Source: Spirochaetia bacterium (GTDB taxonomy: Bacteria; Spirochaetota; Spirochaetia; SZUA-6; Bin103). From it: DNA of 64,000 nt. Under the pieces are notes generated by a model. That model did not search any database. It was not told the origin of the DNA and was given only the letters and a program-made list of their open reading frames with translations. The DNA lies in the NCBI GenBank assembly GCA_965203905.1, contig CBDBDQ010000005.1, positions 4,992,001 through 5,056,000 on the forward strand, read 5' to 3'. A program made the position numbers and the translations under genes. Below are positions 49,285-58,828 of the stretch, piece by piece (position 1 is the stretch's first letter; each line of letters begins with the position of its first letter).

Positions 49285-50270
49285 CGGCCGCCGAACCGGA
49301 TGCGTGGATCCACCCACGCCAGCATGAGGTCGGAGACGAAGGTGCCGATCACCGTGAGGGCCGCCAGCAGCAGGATGAAGCTGCCGGCCAGGTACATGTC
49401 CTGGCTGATCAGGGCCTTCAGCAACAAGGAGCCGGTGGTGGGCAGGCTCAGCACCACGGCGGTGATGGTGGCGCCGGAGATGGTTTGCGGCAGAATGTAG
49501 CCCGCCGTGCTGAGGATCGGATTCAGCGCCAGGCGCACCGGATAGCGGAACAGCAGGCGGCGCTCTGCGAGGCCCTTGGCGCGGGCGGTGATCACGTACT
49601 GCTTGCGGAGCTCGTCCAGCAGCGAGGCGCGCATTACGCGGATAAGCTGCGCCGTGCCGGCGGTGCCGATCACGATCACCGGCACCAGCAGGTGCTTCAG
49701 CATGTCGAAGACCCGCGCCAGGCTCCAGGCGGCATTGGCGAATTCGGGCGAGAACAGGCCGCCGATGGACAGTCCGAACGTGTAATACAGGAAGAACATC
49801 AACACCAGGGCCAGCAGGAAGTTGGGCGTGGCCAGCCCCAGGAACCCGAAAAAGGTGAACAGGTAGTCCCCGGCCGCGTATTGGTGCGTGGCCGAGTACA
49901 CTCCGATGGGGACGGCGACCAGATAGGTGAACAGGATGCTGGCGGTGGAGACGACGATGGTGAGCAGCAGTCGCTCGCCGATCAGGTCTCGCACCGGCAT
50001 GTCCCACTCGAAGGACTGCCCGAAGTCCCCAACGAACACGCCACGCATCCACTTCAGGTACTGAATGACGAGCGGCTGGTCCAGCCCATAGCGGGCCCGC
50101 AACTCATCGATCACCGACTGATCTATCAGATCTCCCGACAGCCGGAGTTGCGACACGTAGGAGTTCAGGAAGTCCCCCGGCGGCGCCTGGATGATGGCGA
50201 ACGCTACCAGCGAGATGAACAGCAGCGTCGGGATCATGAGGAGAAGCCGCTTGACGACGAACTGGGACAT
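49281..50270 (-). CDS. ABC permease, OppB type
   Basis: PPGDF, YVITARAKGL, VDPRIR. Confidence 0.92.
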   Translation of the reverse strand: MSQFVVKRLLLMIPTLLFISLVAFAIIQAPPGDFLNSYVSQLRLSGDLIDQSVIDELRARYGLDQPLVIQYLKWMRGVFVGDFGQSFEWDMPVRDLIGERLLLTIVVSTASILFTYLVAVPIGVYSATHQYAAGDYLFTFFGFLGLATPNFLLALVLMFFLYYTFGLSIGGLFSPEFANAAWSLARVFDMLKHLLVPVIVIGTAGTAQLIRVMRASLLDELRKQYVITARAKGLAERRLLFRYPVRLALNPILSTAGYILPQTISGATITAVVLSLPTTGSLLLKALISQDMYLAGSFILLLAALTVIGTFVSDLMLAWVDPRIRFGGR

Positions 50271-50346
50271 GCTAACCCCGGCGAGCCGGTGGCTGCCAGG
50301 ACTCTGCACGAGCCCCGGCGGCCACCGCTATCCCATGCGAGCCGGT

Positions 50347-52287
50347 TTATTCGCGAATGAAGAATTGCGCCGACACGGCGTTCCCGGTGGCCCGGGTCAC
50401 GTTGTCGTGCAGCACGTTCTCGGGAACATTGCGCAGTCGATTGCTCGCGATGACCAGTTGGCGCACCTCACCGACCGTGCCGATCATGAACACGTTCTGC
50501 TGGTGGATCTCCACCATCCGCCGGGCCAGGCGATCCTGCTCCTCCTTGTCGGCGGTGCTCTTGATCGCCTCCCACAGGTCGATCAGCTCGCGCACGTCAC
50601 CAGTTGGCTCTTCGCCGGATCTGCCGCCGCTGGTATACCACTCGGTGTACGCGGCTCCGCCCCACTGGATCGACATCGGCACGAAGCGGATCGGTGAAGC
50701 CACCAGGTTGGCGATGGAGTCCATGAACCACATGCTCATCTGCAGCTCGTTGCCGGTGGCCTTGGAATCCCACAGCGCCCGGTCAATGGTGCGGATGGCA
50801 ACGCGGATGCCCAAATCGTTCTCCCACCAGCCTTTCACCAGGTTCACCGTGTCATCCCAGGGGCCGAATACCGATGCGTACTCTATGTTCAGCACCAGTG
50901 GCTCTCCGTCGGATCGCAGCCGGAAACCGTTGGCGTCGCGGTTGACCAGGCCGACCTGATCGAGCAGCTGGTTGGCGCGGTCCGGGTCGTAGTCGATGTA
51001 GGAGTTGGCCCACTGTTCCGAGTAGTACTTGGAGTTCCGCGTCAGTGATGCCTGGCGTGGAGTGGCCTGATCGGACCAGATGAGCTGGTTGATCTCGTCC
51101 CGCTTGATGCCGAGTGAGAGTGCGAAGCGGAACTCCGGAGTTTCGAACAACTTGCGCAACACCGGATCCTTCACCGTCAGGTTGGGAAAGAAGTAGGGAT
51201 CGGCGCCGACGGTGGTGTCCCACTGCAGCACCCGGTAGTCGCCCTGACTGCGATTCTCCATGAACAGCGTGAAGTCCTTGAACAGCACATGGCGCACCTG
51301 GAAGTCCAACTCGCCACTGACCGCTTTCAAGGGGATGATGTCGATGCTCTCCACCAGCACGTTGGTAAGGTTGTCGATGTAGGGAAGCTGATTGCCCGCG
51401 GAGTCCACCTTCCAGAAGTACGGATTGCGCTCCATGACGAAGCGCGGCTGGGAGAAGTCGTTCACCGCCTTCCACGCGTATACCGTCGGTACCTCCTGCT
51501 TCAGGAAGTCCTCGTCGGCCCAACGCAGCTTGAAGAGCTCGGGCCAGCCGTTCACTCCTGCCTCCGAGGCCAGCTTGCTCAGCTCCGCCGCCGGCGTGTA
51601 GCTGGCGTGGAACTGCTTCAGGTAGTGGCTGGGCTGATAGTAACGGCCGTAGTACGAGAGCGAGATCGCCTCCAGGAAGTTGCCGTACGGCTCGGCAAAC
51701 GTGAACGTCACCGTGTGGTCGTCCACCTTCTCGGCCACCACCGGCTGGCCAACGGTGACGATGTGCGACGGCGGACTGGGGCGCAGGTCGGTGTTCAGCA
51801 GGATGTCGTTCACGGCGAACATGACGTCGTCGGCCGTGAAGGGCTCGCCATCCGACCACTTCATTCCCGGCCGGGTGCGTAACGTATACACCCTGGCGTC
51901 GGGAGAGATCTCGAAGCTGTCGAGGACGTTGGCCTCGACCTGGGACGCATCCTGGGCGAACTGGACGATTCCCTCGCCGATCAGTTTGCGCATGCCCCAG
52001 CGGTCGCCGATGCCCAGCCACGCGCGCACCATCTCGCCACCGTAGCTGCCGATCTCCTCGGCGGGCTGGATGACCATCGGGTCCGCCGGTAGCCGCTCTG
52101 CCAGGGGTGGCAGCTCGCCGTTGGCCACCAGTGCGGCAAGCATCGGTGCCTGCTGGTCGGACGCACTCGCAGCGGCGGTTGTTGTCTCGCCCGCTGCACT
52201 GCCGGACGGCTCCGTGGTGCCGCCGGCCCATGCCGGCGAGCTCAAGACCAGCAGCGCCAGCAGCGAAACAGCCAATGCCGTTCTCAT
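50347..52287 (-). CDS. ABC solute-binding protein, family 5
   Basis: Signal peptide MRTALAV; LPPLAERLP, KWSDGEPFTADD, RNPYFWKVD..GNQLPYID. Confidence 0.92.
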   Translation of the reverse strand: MRTALAVSLLALLVLSSPAWAGGTTEPSGSAAGETTTAAASASDQQAPMLAALVANGELPPLAERLPADPMVIQPAEEIGSYGGEMVRAWLGIGDRWGMRKLIGEGIVQFAQDASQVEANVLDSFEISPDARVYTLRTRPGMKWSDGEPFTADDVMFAVNDILLNTDLRPSPPSHIVTVGQPVVAEKVDDHTVTFTFAEPYGNFLEAISLSYYGRYYQPSHYLKQFHASYTPAAELSKLASEAGVNGWPELFKLRWADEDFLKQEVPTVYAWKAVNDFSQPRFVMERNPYFWKVDSAGNQLPYIDNLTNVLVESIDIIPLKAVSGELDFQVRHVLFKDFTLFMENRSQGDYRVLQWDTTVGADPYFFPNLTVKDPVLRKLFETPEFRFALSLGIKRDEINQLIWSDQATPRQASLTRNSKYYSEQWANSYIDYDPDRANQLLDQVGLVNRDANGFRLRSDGEPLVLNIEYASVFGPWDDTVNLVKGWWENDLGIRVAIRTIDRALWDSKATGNELQMSMWFMDSIANLVASPIRFVPMSIQWGGAAYTEWYTSGGRSGEEPTGDVRELIDLWEAIKSTADKEEQDRLARRMVEIHQQNVFMIGTVGEVRQLVIASNRLRNVPENVLHDNVTRATGNAVSAQFFIRE

Positions 52288-52429
52288 GTGGACCTCCTCG
52301 CGTGCACGTGACGTACCGGCCCGCGCCAGCACGTACAACGTATCACGTGAATTATTTACACGATCTTGGATCTTAGCGGCGGGCTTTGGCAAGCCGTCGA
52401 GCCAGGGATATACGTTGCTCTCGAATGAA

Positions 52430-52520
52430 TCGCGGACCCGCCGATAGCCGGAACGGTTCGACTCGGCGGATCCTCTGCCTCGATCAGGGCCTCTTCGAGA
52501 TGCTCAAGTTCCCGCGTCAC
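52430..52520 (-). pseudogene. Internally deleted ParE/RelE-like toxin
   Basis: MTRELEHLEEALIEAE followed out of frame by RSGYRRVR (resembles the RRPGYW C-terminus). Confidence 0.55.
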
Positions 52521-52908
52521 GATCAGCGGCGGCAAGAATCCGGCGACGCGCCTCCGGCCACGGGACGGTCTTGGCTATCCCATCATCCAACCGGTGCAGC
52601 CGCCGCAGAATCTCGACCGACCACGCCGCTTTGCCATCGTCGTCGACCTGTTGGTCGAGGCTCTCGATCAACTGCCCAGCGAGCGCGGCACGTTCTTCGG
52701 CAGAGAGCCCGACCGCAGCTGCCGCAAACCTGAACGACTGCCGGATATCCTCGATCTCGAGATCGGGGTATTCATCCATGATCCGGGTATCGGGCATCCC
52801 CTGGGCGACGAGGCCGACGACCGTGGTCACCGGGATGCGCAAACCCCGAATACACGGCACTCCGCCCATCTGCGCCGGATTGATGCTGATTCGTTCAAAT
52901 TGCTTCAA
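52504..52908 (-). CDS. Fusion of a DUF433 antitoxin and an addiction-module component antitoxin
   Basis: MGGVPCIRGLRIPV..YPDLEIEDI followed by LSAEERAALA..LIESLD..AW..EI.RR..VPW. Confidence 0.8.
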   Translation of the reverse strand: MKQFERISINPAQMGGVPCIRGLRIPVTTVVGLVAQGMPDTRIMDEYPDLEIEDIRQSFRFAAAAVGLSAEERAALAGQLIESLDQQVDDDGKAAWSVEILRRLHRLDDGIAKTVPWPEARRRILAAADRDAGT

Positions 52909-53086
52909 GGTACTCTCCTCACATCCCGGAATCGAGACGACCTGCGCCGCAAGGCACGTCGCTGTGCCCATCTTTTACCCGCTCGCCTACTATATGAACT
53001 GAGCCGCGTGGCCGCGAGGATCTTGCCAACATTGGCGGTGCGTGGCCGACTGTCAACTGGCCTGGGGACGCTGGTATGGAGAGGCG

Positions 53087-56000
53087 ATGGTAGACGACAC
53101 ACAGTGGTATCCCCTGACAGTTCCGTCGAGCTGGAAGGGGCATCGTAATTGGGAAGATCATCCGACGCTCAGCGGCCATACCGGCTTTGCGTGGTACCGC
53201 TGCTTCGTCCGGGTGCCGGCAGAGTGGCGCGACCAGCCCTGCCGGCTCTACCTCGGCTACATCTCCGAGTGCGATGAAACGTTTGTCAACGGGGTGAGGG
53301 TCGGCGCCACCGGGTCGTTCCCGCCCCACCGCGAATCGGGAATCCCCGCGCTGCGCGACTACCCGGTGCTGCCGGGGAGCATCCGGTTCGGGACGGGGAA
53401 CCTGATCGCCGTACGGGTGTACTGCTCGGGACGGGAGGACAGCGGCGGCGGCCTCATCGGCGTTCAGTACGGCATGTCCGACTTCCGGTACCGAGAGTAC
53501 CGGTTCCAGCCCGACACCGGCGCAGCCCCCGTTGCTTACGACCGGGGCCGCTGGCTCGGCGAGCCGGGGCGGGAGCTCACCCTGTCGTGCGCCCGCGGCG
53601 CGCTGTCCCTGGAAGGGCAGTGGCAGGTGCGGCGCGGCGACGACCCGAGCTGGGCGCAGTGGCCCGCGCAGTCGCCGTCGGCACGCGACCGGATGGCCGC
53701 CGAGTACGGCCGTTCCGTGCGCCAACCGGTGGGAGCGGCCACCGAGATCTTCAGCGGCACGGCGCGGCCACCCGAGGGGCCGCGCACGATCTGGTTTCGC
53801 ACTCCCGGCCGCAATTGGTTCGAGGCGCTGCCGGTCGGCAACGGCCGCCTCGGTGTAATGGTCTTCGGTATCCCGGGGCGTGAGCGGCTCCAGCTCAGCG
53901 AGGAGACGGTCTGGGCCGGCAGGCCTGCCGAAACCGATCGCTCGGCGGCGTATGCGGCCTTTGCGGCGACGCGCGAGCACCTCTTTGCGGAACGCTACGC
54001 GGAGGCGCACCGGGTCTACGCGGAGTCGTTCCTGGCGCCGAATGAAACCCGCAGTTTCCAGACCCTCGGAACCCTGCACCTGGAGGTGGAGACGGCCGCC
54101 TCGGTGACCGACTACCGGCGCGAGCTGGACCTCGGCACCGCCATCGCCGGGGTGCAGTACCGTATCGAAGAGACCACCTTCACCCGGGAAGTCTTCGCCA
54201 GCGCGGTCGACGACCTCGTCGTGGTGCGGCTGGCGTGCGACCACGGTCCGTCAATCAACGCCCAGGTGTGGATGGAGCGGATCGACCCGACCACCGATGC
54301 TCCGGCGGTGGGTACGGAGACGCTGGTGGAGGACGGCTGCCTGGTGCAGCGCGGTCACGCCATTCACGCGCCTGAGCAGACCGACGCCTGGGGCAAGCGC
54401 CCCGATCTCTTCCCGGTGGACGAGAACCGCGGCGTTCGCTTTGAAGTCCGGGCGCTGCCGGTTGTCGCAACCAGTGATGCCACCGCGGCCCGGGTCACGG
54501 TGGAGGGCGGCCGGATCCGGATCGAGGATGCTGGCGCGGTAACGCTCCTGGTGGCGGTCGGGACCGACGCACGCGGTGCGGATCCTGCAGCCCAGGCCCG
54601 CGCGGCGCTGCGCAGGGCTGCGGGGAAGGGGTACGCGGCGATCCGGGAGGACCACGTCGAGGACTATCGGCGGCTCTTCGATCGGATGCAGTGGCAGCTT
54701 GGCGGACCCGCGCGGACCGAACGCGAGCCCACGGCGCTGGCCGCTGCGGAATCACCCCTCGCGACGCGGGTTTCCCCGCGCCACGCAACGCCGCCGGCAG
54801 CCGCCGATGAGCTCCTGGCGGCCGCCCGGTCCGTTGCGCTCGACCTGGCCCTGGTGCAGCTCTTCGTCGACTACAGCCGGTACCTGATGATCAGCGCCTC
54901 CCGCCCGGGGTGTTATCCGCTCAACAACTCCGGTATCTGGACCCGGTTCCTGACGGCGCCCTGGGACAGCGACTTCCACCTCGACATGGACCTGTTCATG
55001 CGCTACTGGGGGGTCGAGGTCTGCAACCTCCCGGAGTGCCACGAGCCGGTGTTCGACCTGATCGGGCGCTTGCGGGAACGAGGCCGCAGGACCGCGCGCG
55101 AGCTGTACCGGGCGCGGGGCTTCACGGCACACTGCATCACCGACGGCTGGTTCTACACCGACGCGGTGGGGGGCCTGTGGTACGGCGCCTTCTTCTGCAG
55201 CCTGGCCTGGCTCTGCTCCCACCTCTGGGAGCACTACCTGTTCAGTGAGGATCGCGCGTTCCTGCGCGAGACGGCGTGGCCGCTGCTGTGGGAGGCGGCC
55301 CAGTTCTACCTGGACGTGCTGGTGGAGGAACCGCGGACCGGGGCGCTGGTGTCGGGCCCCTCGGTCTCACCGGAGAACTTCTACGTCACGCCCGCCGGCC
55401 GGGATGAGACCGCGGTGCTCGGCCCACCGACCAGTTACGAGGCGGTGGCGCCGTACGTGGCGCAGGGCAAGGTCGGGACGCTGGACATGGGTCCGGCCAT
55501 GGACCGCGAGCTGATTTACGACCTCTTCAGCAACCTGTTGCAGGCGGCCGAGCTGCTGGAGGTCGACGATGATGTCGTGGGCGAGGTCAGGAGCGCGGTC
55601 GGACGCCTCGCCCGGCCCCGGATCGGAAGCGACGGCCGCATCATGGAGTGGAGCCGCGACTTCGGCGAGCTGGAGCCCGGGCACCGGCACCTGGGGCACC
55701 TGTGGGACCTGTACCCCGGTTGCCGGATCACCCCGGAGGGAACGCCGGCACAGGCGGAAGCGGCACGCAGGGTACTGGAGGAGCGCTGGCGGCATTCGCG
55801 GCGACTCGGTCAGACGGCCTGGTCCAGCGTGTGGAACGCGCTGCTGTGGTGTCGTCTGCGGGAGCCGGAGCGCGCCTGGGCGAATCTGGCCGAGATGTTC
55901 CGGATTGGCATTCTTCCCAACTTTTTTTCCACCGAGCCGCCGATGGTGTTGGATGCCGTCTTTGGAGGATGTGCCGTCGTCGCCGAGATGCTGCTGCAGA

Positions 56001-56359
56001 GCCATGACGGCGTGCTGCATCTGTTGCCGGCGCTGCCGGCCGCCCTCGATGCCGGGCGGGTGAGCGGCCTGCGCGCGCGAGGAGGTTTCGAGGTCACCAT
56101 CGAGTGGCGACGGGGCTCGCTGGTCGCAGCGACGATCATCTCGGTGCGGGGCAACCGCTGCCGGGTACGTGCGGCGCGCCCCGTCACGGTTCGCGCCGGG
56201 GAGAGCGACCGTGTGCTTGCCGGTGCCGGCGACACCGTGGCGTTTGTGACCGAGCCGGGAAGCCGGTACGTCGTGGTGCCGGCCGGCGATCCCGTGGCCG
56301 GCGGCCCGAAGCTGCCCGGATCGGCAGCATCGACCGAAACCCACCCGTCAGGCCAGTGA
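53087..56359 (+). CDS. GH95-like glycoside hydrolase with an N-terminal sugar-binding domain
   Basis: ALPVGNGRLG, YRRELDL, RYLMISASRPG, PSVSPEN, HRHLGHL, EMLLQSH, LLPALP, GLRARGGF. Confidence 0.85.
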   Translation: MVDDTQWYPLTVPSSWKGHRNWEDHPTLSGHTGFAWYRCFVRVPAEWRDQPCRLYLGYISECDETFVNGVRVGATGSFPPHRESGIPALRDYPVLPGSIRFGTGNLIAVRVYCSGREDSGGGLIGVQYGMSDFRYREYRFQPDTGAAPVAYDRGRWLGEPGRELTLSCARGALSLEGQWQVRRGDDPSWAQWPAQSPSARDRMAAEYGRSVRQPVGAATEIFSGTARPPEGPRTIWFRTPGRNWFEALPVGNGRLGVMVFGIPGRERLQLSEETVWAGRPAETDRSAAYAAFAATREHLFAERYAEAHRVYAESFLAPNETRSFQTLGTLHLEVETAASVTDYRRELDLGTAIAGVQYRIEETTFTREVFASAVDDLVVVRLACDHGPSINAQVWMERIDPTTDAPAVGTETLVEDGCLVQRGHAIHAPEQTDAWGKRPDLFPVDENRGVRFEVRALPVVATSDATAARVTVEGGRIRIEDAGAVTLLVAVGTDARGADPAAQARAALRRAAGKGYAAIREDHVEDYRRLFDRMQWQLGGPARTEREPTALAAAESPLATRVSPRHATPPAAADELLAAARSVALDLALVQLFVDYSRYLMISASRPGCYPLNNSGIWTRFLTAPWDSDFHLDMDLFMRYWGVEVCNLPECHEPVFDLIGRLRERGRRTARELYRARGFTAHCITDGWFYTDAVGGLWYGAFFCSLAWLCSHLWEHYLFSEDRAFLRETAWPLLWEAAQFYLDVLVEEPRTGALVSGPSVSPENFYVTPAGRDETAVLGPPTSYEAVAPYVAQGKVGTLDMGPAMDRELIYDLFSNLLQAAELLEVDDDVVGEVRSAVGRLARPRIGSDGRIMEWSRDFGELEPGHRHLGHLWDLYPGCRITPEGTPAQAEAARRVLEERWRHSRRLGQTAWSSVWNALLWCRLREPERAWANLAEMFRIGILPNFFSTEPPMVLDAVFGGCAVVAEMLLQSHDGVLHLLPALPAALDAGRVSGLRARGGFEVTIEWRRGSLVAATIISVRGNRCRVRAARPVTVRAGESDRVLAGAGDTVAFVTEPGSRYVVVPAGDPVAGGPKLPGSAASTETHPSGQ

Positions 56360-56425
56360 TCCTTCCGGACCTGAGGCTCCGCGCGTAGCAGTCGCGCTCA
56401 ATATGGTCCTGGAAGCCGCTTCAGG

Positions 56426-56525
56426 AGGACTACCCCTCGCTACGCGACAAGCCGGCTGCAGTCGTTACGACCGTCGCCATCGGACCGACGCCCAACCGCC
56501 CAATTCGCACCCTGGCGAGCGCCGA
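56426..56525 (-). other. Conserved 100-nt 3' non-coding segment of the HNH element
   Basis: Aligns with 43550-43649; similarity stops sharply at ggactayccc. Confidence 0.7.
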
Positions 56526-58106
56526 TCACTTGGGCCCGTCTGGCGGCGGTCCGTACTCCCGATGCCGGAAACGGTGGTGGGCAGCACAGCGAACGCGGAG
56601 ATTTCCCGGCTCTGCGCTGCCGCCGAGCGCAAAGGGAACGATGTGGTCGAGCTGCAGCAGAAAGCGGGAGCCGCAGCGCCGCCCGCTGTGCGGATCGACG
56701 TAACTGCAGCAGCCGCGGTCGCGGCGCCACACCTCACGCCGCACGGCTGCCGGAATGTACCGGGATCGACGCGCCCGGTGGGGCGCCTGCGCGCTGCCTC
56801 CGGACGTGCCGGCAGCCCGGCTCGTCCGCGAACGGCCATCGGTCTGCGCCGCTCCTGCCCGTTTCGCTGGCGAAGGAGCGTTGCGACCGCGATCCGCTGC
56901 TGCCGTCGCGGTCGGCATGCCCTGGTCTACCGGCGGCGTCGGCCGTGGCGTCGGTACGGTGGCGTGGGACCCGCGATCTGCCACCGACTTCGCTGCCGAA
57001 GCAGCGGTGCCGGGCTCAGTCGCCGATGGCTTGGTACTCACCGGGGTGGTGCTGGCGCAAGTCTCGCGCCCCGATGGCGGCGCGGACAACGCTGCCGGCG
57101 TCGAGGTGGTGGCGCCGCCAATCCCGCGTGCGGGTTCCTCTGCGGACAGCGCTGCCGGCGCCGGGGTGCTGCCACCGGCGCTCGTGCCCGCCGGCGTCGG
57201 CGGCACTCCGGGTTGCTGTTGCGCGTCTCGCTTCGCTGGCGAAGCCGCCCCGACTGCCGGCTCTTCCTGCGCCTTCGGCTCCGGCGCCTGGCCCGCGCTT
57301 GCCTCCCGGTGCCCACCTCTGCGCCCGCGCGGCGGCCGCCCCGGGTCGTAGCGCTGCAGGCCGTCCTGCACCAGCCGCTCCACCAGCTGCCCCAGCGTCA
57401 GGTGCGGGTCCACGTGCGACAGCAGTGCCCGTAGCTGCTCGATCCCGCGCTGACACGCGGCGTCGATCACCACCTTCAGCTCCCAGCGGCCCTCGCCCAG
57501 CGCCCGCAGGCGATCGGCCGGCCGCGCCAGCTCGGGAGCCACCCCGGCCAACAACTGCTTCACCTCGCGGGTGCTCTTGCCGCTCGCCTGCGCCACCAGC
57601 TCCTGCCGCTGCGCCGCGTCCAGCGCCGGCACCGGTCGCGCCGGCGCCGCTGCCGCGGTCCCCGAAGCCCCAGCCTCCGGTGCCGGCCCCGTGGCGCCCG
57701 GCAGCAGCTCCGGTGCCGCGGATGCCGAGCCGGGGTCCGCGGCGGCGGTCGCCGTGCGCTGCAGGAGATCGAAGGTGTTCTGCAACTGCGCCGCCGCGCT
57801 CAGGGAGAGCGAGCCGTCCTGCAGCCGCTCGCGTGACCCGGCGGTATCGGAGCACAGGCGCATGGCTTTGATACGGCGCCAGGCGGCGCCTTCGCTGTAG
57901 CCCAGTTCGCGTACCGCGTAGTCGAACAGGCTGGAGAACCCGAGGCGCAGGTGCAGGTGGCGGGCGTGGATCTCGCGCAGGTGGTCGAGGACGGCGAGCT
58001 GCAGCGCCTGCTCGTGCAGGACGAGGGACCTGGTGTGCGCCAGCAGCACTTGGTCGGGGAGCCCGGAGAGCGAGGAGGAGAAGCCGGTTGCGGTCGCGGT
58101 ATCCAT
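56526..58106 (-). CDS. DUF222-like/HNH endonuclease, copy 3 (intact)
   Basis: Start MDTATATG; same N-terminal domain as copy 1; HNH motif LQLDHIVPFALGG....NLRVRCAAHH. Confidence 0.87.
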   Translation of the reverse strand: MDTATATGFSSSLSGLPDQVLLAHTRSLVLHEQALQLAVLDHLREIHARHLHLRLGFSSLFDYAVRELGYSEGAAWRRIKAMRLCSDTAGSRERLQDGSLSLSAAAQLQNTFDLLQRTATAAADPGSASAAPELLPGATGPAPEAGASGTAAAAPARPVPALDAAQRQELVAQASGKSTREVKQLLAGVAPELARPADRLRALGEGRWELKVVIDAACQRGIEQLRALLSHVDPHLTLGQLVERLVQDGLQRYDPGRPPRGRRGGHREASAGQAPEPKAQEEPAVGAASPAKRDAQQQPGVPPTPAGTSAGGSTPAPAALSAEEPARGIGGATTSTPAALSAPPSGRETCASTTPVSTKPSATEPGTAASAAKSVADRGSHATVPTPRPTPPVDQGMPTATAAADRGRNAPSPAKRAGAAQTDGRSRTSRAAGTSGGSAQAPHRARRSRYIPAAVRREVWRRDRGCCSYVDPHSGRRCGSRFLLQLDHIVPFALGGSAEPGNLRVRCAAHHRFRHREYGPPPDGPK

Positions 58107-58293
58107 GGCGTAAATATAAGCATGGCTGAGAAATGCCCGGTTTCTGCGAGTCCCGGGACGGGCACCTGGGAGGGTGCAGGCGGGCGCTGGCGGGGTGCTG
58201 ACGGGCCTGCGCGGCGTGGGGGGATGTTCGAAGGGTCGGAGGGGCCGGAACGTGCGGCAGGGGGCCGTTACGAGCAGCGCCAAACCCGTCAAG
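58107..58293 (-). promoter_or_regulatory. Conserved 5' non-coding region of the HNH element
   Basis: TATATT 6 nt before ATG; gggccgt.a.gagc and cgtcaag at the same distance as in copy 1. Confidence 0.6.
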
Positions 58294-58582
58294 TGCTGAG
58301 CGCATTTTTTTGGCACTTTTCGCAGAATCCTGCGAGTCCTGCACCTCAGCGCCGACGTGGCAACAATGCAGCGGCGGAGACCGGCGTCGCGGGTCCCCGG
58401 CGCCCCGCTCATTTCTGGACATCTCGTACAGCGAACGAACCATGCACCCTGAGGGCGGCGACCTGGCAGGCGCCGGGGCCACCATCGTCGCTCGGCCACT
58501 ACCTTCCAGAAGATCCCTGCCACACAGGATGCAGACGGCGTTCAGCATGGGATGGTCTTGGGCGCTTCTTCAAGATTGCCTG

Positions 58583-58612
58583 TTGACGGCGCTCCCGCGT
58601 GTTGGCTATGCT
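58583..58612 (+). promoter_or_regulatory. Putative sigma70 promoter of the downstream ABC operon
   Basis: TTGACG-18 nt-TATGCT. Confidence 0.45.
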
Positions 58613-58828
58613 AGATTTCGGGTTTCTTGTCGCATAGGGCTTGGAATGGCCGACATCCGACGTGGGAAGGTGGCACAAAAGGTGACGAAAGAATCGCACG
58701 CGGGAGATACGATCCGTCAGCGCGATGTCGCCTGCCGGGGACCGCCCGCAGATCGAAAACCGAGCCACCGGCCTAGGTAGACAGTTCACTGAAAGAAGCA
58801 AGGGGAATGAAAGGACGAAGGAAGAACC

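Noticed and set aside
21994-52908. Integron cassette array explaining the TA loci
   Set aside because: No integron integrase, and no convincing repeated attC (RYYYAAC...GTTRRRY) structures were seen.
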